Below, in pieces: positions 57,029-64,000 of a DNA stretch of 64,000 nucleotides. The translations under genes and the position numbers were made by a program. The notes under the pieces were generated by a model. The model did no database searches. It had not been told where the DNA came from and worked only from the letters and a program-made list of their open reading frames with translations. Position 1 is the first letter of the stretch. Every line of letters begins with the position of its first letter. This DNA comes from Octopus sinensis (Eukaryota), in assembly GCF_006345805.1 (NCBI RefSeq), contig NC_042999.1:121086001-121150000 (forward strand), written 5' to 3'.

Positions 57029-58679
57029 TTGTATATGTCTATGTGTGTACATATGTATCGTATCTATACATCAGCGGTGGCTAGATGCAATATCTTTCAC
57101 CGTGCTAAATCAGAAGGAAAAGGAACAGTTACACAATATGTATTAAATTTGAAATACACTCTACTTTTTTTTAAATCACAGTGTATATCAGAAACAGGAT
57201 AAACTTAAACAATACAAAGCCACACTTGGCTAAATGACGCTCCCTCCCTTTTATTCTGCGTACTAATAGTATAGAAGATGTGTTTACATCTCTATCTAAC
57301 CCGCAATCAGGTTTTGTAACATATAGATTTATTTCAGTTCTTCACATTTACTCTGTACTATGCATAAAATAGATGTTGTTTATTAATCGTCAACAGCACA
57401 AGTATGCAAATTAAATCATCCACCAAGGCTCTAGCTTAATTTATAACTGCTTTGTGTAGCAGGTGATCTGTGTTTGTGACTAGAGAAAGGAACTGAGTAC
57501 ATCTTCTCTGAGAAGAGCTCAACAAACCATGAAATGTGCTGTCATGTGATGCGCTCCTTATTTTTTCCTGCATATCAGTTGCATAGAAATGATAAATTTA
57601 CGTTCATATTTAACTCATTATGGGCTCCGTAATGTTTAAATTTATTTCACCTCTTTAAATATATACATTTCAAATTTCCAGTAAGTACACAATTTCCGAC
57701 ATTTCGAATAGCTAGAATCTTCCCGTAATTACGCAATATCGTATATTCTAAGCATTCGATATTGAATGATCAAATGGCTTTTCACATTTATTTAAAAATA
57801 AATCAACAAAAACTCAAACTTCCTCTTTTCTGAGACCCACAAAATATACAATAATTTCTCAAAACACAAACAACCGAAAAATAAACTCATCAAACATTTC
57901 AGAATAAATATAATAAATTTCCAGATAGATCACTATTGAATCGGCATTACATTACATACGCTGATACAGCGAAAAGATGAAAAATACAACACAAAATGTA
58001 AAGCCCAACGGAAAACTAAAAGTTTTGATATAATGAGAAGCACATGAGGCAAAAAGAAAAAGAAAAACTCAAACTTTTGAATCTATTCATAGGTTGCTTC
58101 AACAGCTTTTCAGACATTAAGCGTAACTGTCGCTGCTTGCTTTCTCTTTTCCCTTCAACCATTCTCGCGGTATTCGTTATCCTATTGATATTACTTTTAT
58201 TACTGTTGTCATTGTCGCTAATACATAAAGTTGCCGAAATTGGAGAAAAAAAAAAAGAGAAAAAGAGAAAAAGAACGAATTATTGCCTGAATGTTTACTG
58301 AAGTTTGTAAATGAACATCTACAGCAATTCTGAAAACATATGAGTCTTTCGTTTAACGTCCATGTTTTCATAATAACATGACTTTAGACGGGAAATTATT
58401 TGAGGCAGAATTTTACGTTCGTATGATCTTGCTGTCACCAACCCTCCCTTACCTGTTTACAAGCAAGATATTTTTATTATCCCAGAGGTCCTCGAAAGCG
58501 CAGAAACCCCGGTCATAATGTCAATAAACAGTGTCAGCATTACCACTGCTTCACTCAGGCGGTGACAAGCTCTGATTATCAACATTTACGCACATTCGTG
58601 CATACACACACTTCCACATATTTACATAGACATACTTGTATTACATGTATGCACACGCACGTACTATGAGTTTCCGTCT

Positions 58680-58790
58680 TACCCATATATTACACTCCCA
58701 CACAAGGCATTGATTGGCCTGGGGCTACAGTTGAACCACCTACCCAAGGTGCTGAAACCACATGGTTGAGAAGTGAACTTTTTAACCATA
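58680..58790 (-). mobile_element. SINE head fragment (7976 family)
   Basis: ccacatggtt...gcaccttggg...gccccaggcc..tcaatgccttgtg on the minus strand. Confidence 0.6.
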
Positions 58791-58915
58791 CATTTCAGGT
58801 AATACACACACACCACACACACCACACACACACACCACACACAATACATATATATATATATATATATATATAGATATATATCTATTATGTATATGTTGTA
58901 TGTATATATGTATAT

Positions 58916-58949
<34 letters not shown>

Positions 58950-60011
58950 CTATATATATAGACACACACACATATATATTCGCGCAACATTTATATATAT
59001 ATATATATAGGAGAGAGAGAGAGAGACTCACACGTTTCTAGACCCAATATCAGGACATGCATAACGTAGTCATACTGTACACACAGTGCATAAACACATA
59101 CATTGAAGATGCACTTCGTATTGTAATGTCCAATCAATAGGAATTCTGTACGCCCCCTTATACACACATCATTTTGCACAATGTACATACACAAGAAAAA
59201 ACGTACTTTGAATGACATCAGAAAGACCAGAGAGCGTAATTTGAGAATGGTTAGTGAGTCGTGTAGAGCGTATCATGCATGAAGTATTTTAGATAGATAT
59301 CATATATATTACTATATATATATATATCTATATATATATTATATATATACATAATATATATATATATAATATAATATATACAGATGTAGTACATCAGTGC
59401 CAAATAAAAGAATATGTACGTATGTATGGGCATCCTTCTAGGAGAAGGTAACTCAGGTAACTGGGATAACTCCGACATAAGACCTGCGGCTCAGTGGTTA
59501 CCGATGATGTTGACTTGTTCTTCATTTCGGATTATGGCTACTGTTGCTTAGTGAGTGGGATTGACTCAGTGCACAGCCTTTCCTCACTTTAAAAAAATCT
59601 TCTTGCACAGGCATTACACGATAACAACATTGATTAAGCTTCGTGCAATGGCCATACTCGATAACGAGGGGGCAGCCAGCATGTATGTATGTGTCCATCG
59701 GTATTCTTCTGGTACTTTATTTAATCGACCCCACAAGAATGAAAGACAATTCTTCAACGATCTAATAACTATGTCATTAATAACGGAAACATGTAAAACA
59801 TCTCCGCTATTTATATGTGCATTTGAACAACCATTATTTAGCGACGCACAGCTGAAGAAAATGTTATCAGTAACTAACTTTTATAACACTGTCTTTGCCA
59901 TTTTGGCTTTCTGTCGTAAAGCAATTTTGCCTTCGATAACACTTTTATTAATAAATATAAACTGATCTCAATCAGCTGCGAAAAAAATTACGGGGAAAAG
60001 AAATCAACACT

Positions 60012-60042
<31 letters not shown>

Positions 60043-60494
60043 TTATTCTTTTTTTTTTATATATATTTTCATAACGCCATACAATAATGCTTAAAATGTT
60101 TTTAAGTGATGATGTCGGCTATAAATTAAATATTACTTCCGGATGCTACATTGGAGTAAAGAAAATAATTGCAGGAAATAGATTCTCCTTTGGAAAGGAC
60201 ACCAGTCTGTTGCAGAAAGCAATTCTAGATGTAGTTCTTACTTTGCAGAGTTTAATAGTCTATCTACACATTCATTTGTGACTCCATATGTGAGTCACCA
60301 CATGAAATCTTATTAACCATAATTATACATACAAGTATACGTCAGACCCTCAAACGAGCGCCGTTTTAAGTTATCACATAATTTGTGTGCTAATCCAGTT
60401 GGTAAAATCGGATGAAATGGATCTGTAAAACTGAATAATATATACTGTTTTAATAATACTGTATATATGATATATATATATTAAAGGAATTGAA

Positions 60495-60992
60495 GGCATG
60501 GCTGCTCTCGATTATTGGAATCGCCTTAAAGCCTTGAAACTCTACTCTCTCCAGCGTCGCCGTGAGGGGTACATCATTTGTACGATGTGGAGAATATACC
60601 GCCAACTTTGCCCAAACGACCTGAACATTAGCTTCAAGGTTCATCCAAGACTGGGACCACGGGCCATACGTCCCCTGCCCAATTCAAGATCATAGCATAC
60701 ATGTACACTGCAACATAATTTCTTTTCCTCAACAGGCCCTGCCCTATTTAACATAGTCCCGAAAGAGATCAAAGAGGAAAAGGATCCCATCAACTTTAAA
60801 CGGAGTTTGGATAGATTCTTTCAAGGAATACCAGATAAGCCACCCATAATTGGATACATCTCACCTAACAAAAACTCACTACTTGAATGAACCATAAACA
60901 AAACTTGACTTAAACAGGATTCAAATAATCCTATCAGGTGGTGCTATTAAGTTAGACATGGCCTGGACCAATCTTTGGTCGAAACATATCTA
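60495..60992 (+). mobile_element. CR1/L2-group LINE 3' fragment with complete tail
   Basis: LDYWNRLKALKLYSLQRRRE.YII...GPALFN.VPKEI...FKRSLDRF...IPDKP; tail ggtggtgc...catggcc..gaccaatctttggtc-gaaac + (atctaagttt)x2. Confidence 0.85.
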
Positions 60993-61002
60993 AGTTTATC
61001 TA

Positions 61003-61081
<79 letters not shown>

Positions 61082-61097
61082 GGTGTGTATGTATATG

Positions 61098-61142
<45 letters not shown>

Positions 61143-61150
61143 ATTTGTAT

Positions 61151-61181
<31 letters not shown>

Positions 61182-61239
61182 CATACATACATGCATACAT
61201 ACATACATACATACATACATACATACATACATACATACA

Positions 61240-61273
<34 letters not shown>

Positions 61274-61710
61274 CACATACATGCAGGCATGTATGTATAT
61301 GTATAAGATGTAATAAGGATTATAAACCCAGGCAATTATCTATAAAGCACTCAATGTTAAACGAATTTGGTTAAGTATATCAAATTATCAGATGACAATA
61401 TGTGCAAGTAGAATTAACATCTAAGGTAATTCCTTGTGTATGATAAGCAAATCCAAATATCGGTTTGAAAAGTTCCAGTAAATTCAGAGTATAAGACAGC
61501 AAGAATAAGAATTAAGAAAATCACATCTTTAATTGGTGACTACACCATATATATTTCGGCTATCGTTTCTGTTGTACAAGTATATTTAGATACAGAGAAA
61601 GCTATGAAATGCCAGTCAAATTAATATATCCGAAAAATATGCATTAACACAAAGTTATCAAGGCAGTCCAAAATGGATTTAATTCAAAGTGAACTAGGAA
61701 AATATCTCTA

Positions 61711-61881
61711 GGCGCAGGAGTGGCTGTGTGGTAAGTAACTTGCTTACCAATCACATGGTTCTGGGTTCAGTCCCACTGCGTGGCACCTTGGGCAGGTGCC
61801 TTCTACTATAGCCTCGGGCCGACCAAATCCTTGTGAGTGGATTTGGTAACTGAAAGAAGCCTGTCGTATATATGTATATGC

Positions 61882-61919
<38 letters not shown>

Positions 61920-62127
61920 TTGTGCGTCTGTGTTTGTCCCCCCAACATCGCTTGACAACTGATGCTAGTGTATTTACGTCCCTGTAACTTAGCGGTTCGG
62001 CAAAAGAGACCGATAGAATAAGTACTAGGCTTACAAAGAATAAGTCCTGGGGTCGATTCGCTTGACTGAATGCGGTGCTCCAACATGGCCGCAGTCTAAT
62101 GACTGAAACAAGTAAAAGAGTAAAAGA
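61711..62127 (+). mobile_element. Abundant tRNA-derived SINE (7976 family), full length
   Basis: Head ggcgcaggagtggctgtgtggtaag; tail gactgaaacaagtaaaagagtaaaaga. Confidence 0.9.
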
Positions 62128-62264
62128 TGAACGCATATCGTGTATACATATACATACATACATACATACATACATACATACACATACATACATACATAAT
62201 ACACACATACATACACATACATACATAATACATACATACATACATACATACATACATACATACA

Positions 62265-62298
<34 letters not shown>

Positions 62299-62571
62299 CA
62301 TACACTTATGTACGTATGCATGTATGTATGTATGTATTCCAATATTCCAATAAAGAATCATATTAATTTTTCCTTCTTGTCAAATAATCACAGGCACTAC
62401 ATATATTCATTCTTCACTCGTTTATTGTTGTTCCTATTTTATCCTATGTCCATTATCTGGAAATCTTTCGTCTGACATCTCTAACCTCTTCAGCGACTCT
62501 TCCATACCATGTGTTTACTCCTGTTCTGTTTATCAGGAATCTTGCAAAACAAAATAATTTCATGTTCCCTC

Positions 62572-62665
62572 GAAAGTTTAGTTATATAAAAAAATTTAGT
62601 TTTATAAAAATTTAGTTATATAAAAAATTTAGTTACATAAAAAAATTTAGTTATATAAAAAAATG
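62572..62665. repeat. About 19-bp AT-rich minisatellite (aaaatttagttatataaa), about 5 units
   Basis: Direct reading. Confidence 0.9.
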
Positions 62666-63137
62666 CTTTACATCTATGCCCTAAATGGGAAAAGAAAAAC
62701 TTCGTTTATCAACACATTATGAATTGCCCCAAATAATGGAGAAATCGGTCCTGATGAAAAGGTCTTGTCCGTCAGAGAAGACATGATCTGACGTGAAATA
62801 TATTTAAATAAAAAGAATCAAAATAAAAGCATTCCATTGTGAGAATTGTCCGGCAATGATGACCTACTCAGCTAATACATACACCACATACATTTGTACT
62901 CTCTACCAAAGTAATTTTTAAAAACCACCAGATACGGTATTAAAAGCTGTTAATGAAATTGGTAATGCGTATTTACAACAGTGTGATGAACCCATGCACT
63001 GGCAGAGTAACTCCTATCTATATGCTCTGGCTACTACTGTAAAAAAAGTACATGAATAATATTCAAGAAGAAAACAAAACTGAAATAACAAAGAAAGTAC
63101 TCTCATGGATTTTGAAGACAGAGAAAAAGATAACTGG

Positions 63138-63495
63138 TTGAGCTGGCAGAAACGTTAGCACGCCGGGCGAAATGCTTAGCAGTATTTCGTCTGCCGCTAC
63201 GTTCTGAGTTCAAATTCTGCCGAGGTTGACTTTGCCTTTCATCCTTTCGGGGTCGATTAAATAAGTACCAGTTACGCACTGGGGTCGATATAATCGACTT
63301 AATCCGTTTGTCTGTCCTTGTTTGTCCTCTCTGTGTAACCCCTTGTGAGTAGTAAAGAAATAGGTGTTTCGTCTGTCTTTACGTTCTGAGTTCAAATTCC
63401 GCCGAGGTCGACTTTGCCTTTCATCCTTTTTGGATCGATAAATTAAGTACCAGTTACGTACTGGGGTCGATCTAATCGACTGGCTTCCTCCCCAA
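63138..63495 (+). mobile_element. Dimeric tRNA-derived SINE with CORE-like centre and Tx1-like 3' tail
   Basis: Monomer 1 is 63138-63361 (gagctggcagaaacgttagc...gttcaaattctgcc); monomer 2 is 63362-63495 and lacks the A-box region; both share gccgaggt.gactttgcctttcatcctt. Confidence 0.85.
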
Positions 63496-64000
63496 GCCAT
63501 CGATGTGAAAACCCGAAAAATACTAACAAGCACACATAATTTCCACATAAACAGTGATGTAGACCGCCTTTACTTAAAATGAAAACAAGGCAGCAGAGGT
63601 TTAACATCGATCCAAAATGCCTTTGAATGTCGCATCATATCACTTCAGCAACATCTTTTAACCACCAAGTGTCGAAATACATCCCTTGACCAGGTTTGCA
63701 TACATGAGGCTAATAACATTATAATACTTGGAAGGCAGCTCCTTGAGCAACACTCTTTGTCTGATAACCGAGGATACATGCCCAATGAAGTCACTCGACT
63801 CTACCGCAACATATCATCAGATGAAAAGATGAACCTATATGAGCATAAAACTATACATGGATATGTTAGTAGAAAGCTCAGAGATGATAGTAACATCGAT
63901 CATCAAAGCAGTTATTCATGGCCCAATAGCCGGATTACTACCTCCCATTTTGAAGAGTATGCGTTTGCAATCCAGGAACAGGAAATATCAACCAAGTACC
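63490..64000 (+). mobile_element. Second R4/Dong-like LINE fragment (post-RT region), different subfamily, running off the window end
   Basis: IDVKTRKILT..NFHINSDVDRLYLK.KQGSRGL...IHGYV...SYSWPN...FEEYAFAIQEQEISTKY aligns by eye with SDIERLYIQRIEGCRGL...LHGKYW...ETEGFLIAAQD of the 47605 element. Confidence 0.8.

Noticed and set aside
62753-62790. Other CTGATGA occurrences (62753, 55422, 11586) as hammerheads
   Set aside because: No downstream stem II, GAAA and GUH arrangement, and no stem I pairing.

Overview
AT-rich, microsatellite-dense eukaryotic genomic DNA. The repeat families suggest a cephalopod, probably Octopus (inference, not verified). There is no long host ORF; almost all ORF-track entries are microsatellite or antisense artefacts. 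Main contents: (1) a head-to-tail pair of young Tx1/L1-clade LINEs (5'-truncated copy 18328-21866, full-length copy 21895-27980), with all three junctions in (GATA)n; (2) a full-length R4/Dong-clade RLE-type LINE (47605-51577) in (TAA)n, plus a second R4-like fragment at the window end; (3) decayed RTE, CR1/L2, Penelope, mariner and Helitron-like remnants, two foldback/MITE elements and several tRNA-derived SINE families; (4) seven short, phase-compatible minus-strand exon candidates of an unidentified host gene spanning about 47 kb. Most notable observations: four minimal type-I hammerhead ribozyme folds with palindromic stem III (one nearly intact, 47412-47457); a 5S-rRNA/tRNA-SINE chimera bounded by one degenerate TSD; a SINE whose 3' tail matches the Tx1 3' end; and SINE core and tail modules present in all four combinations.
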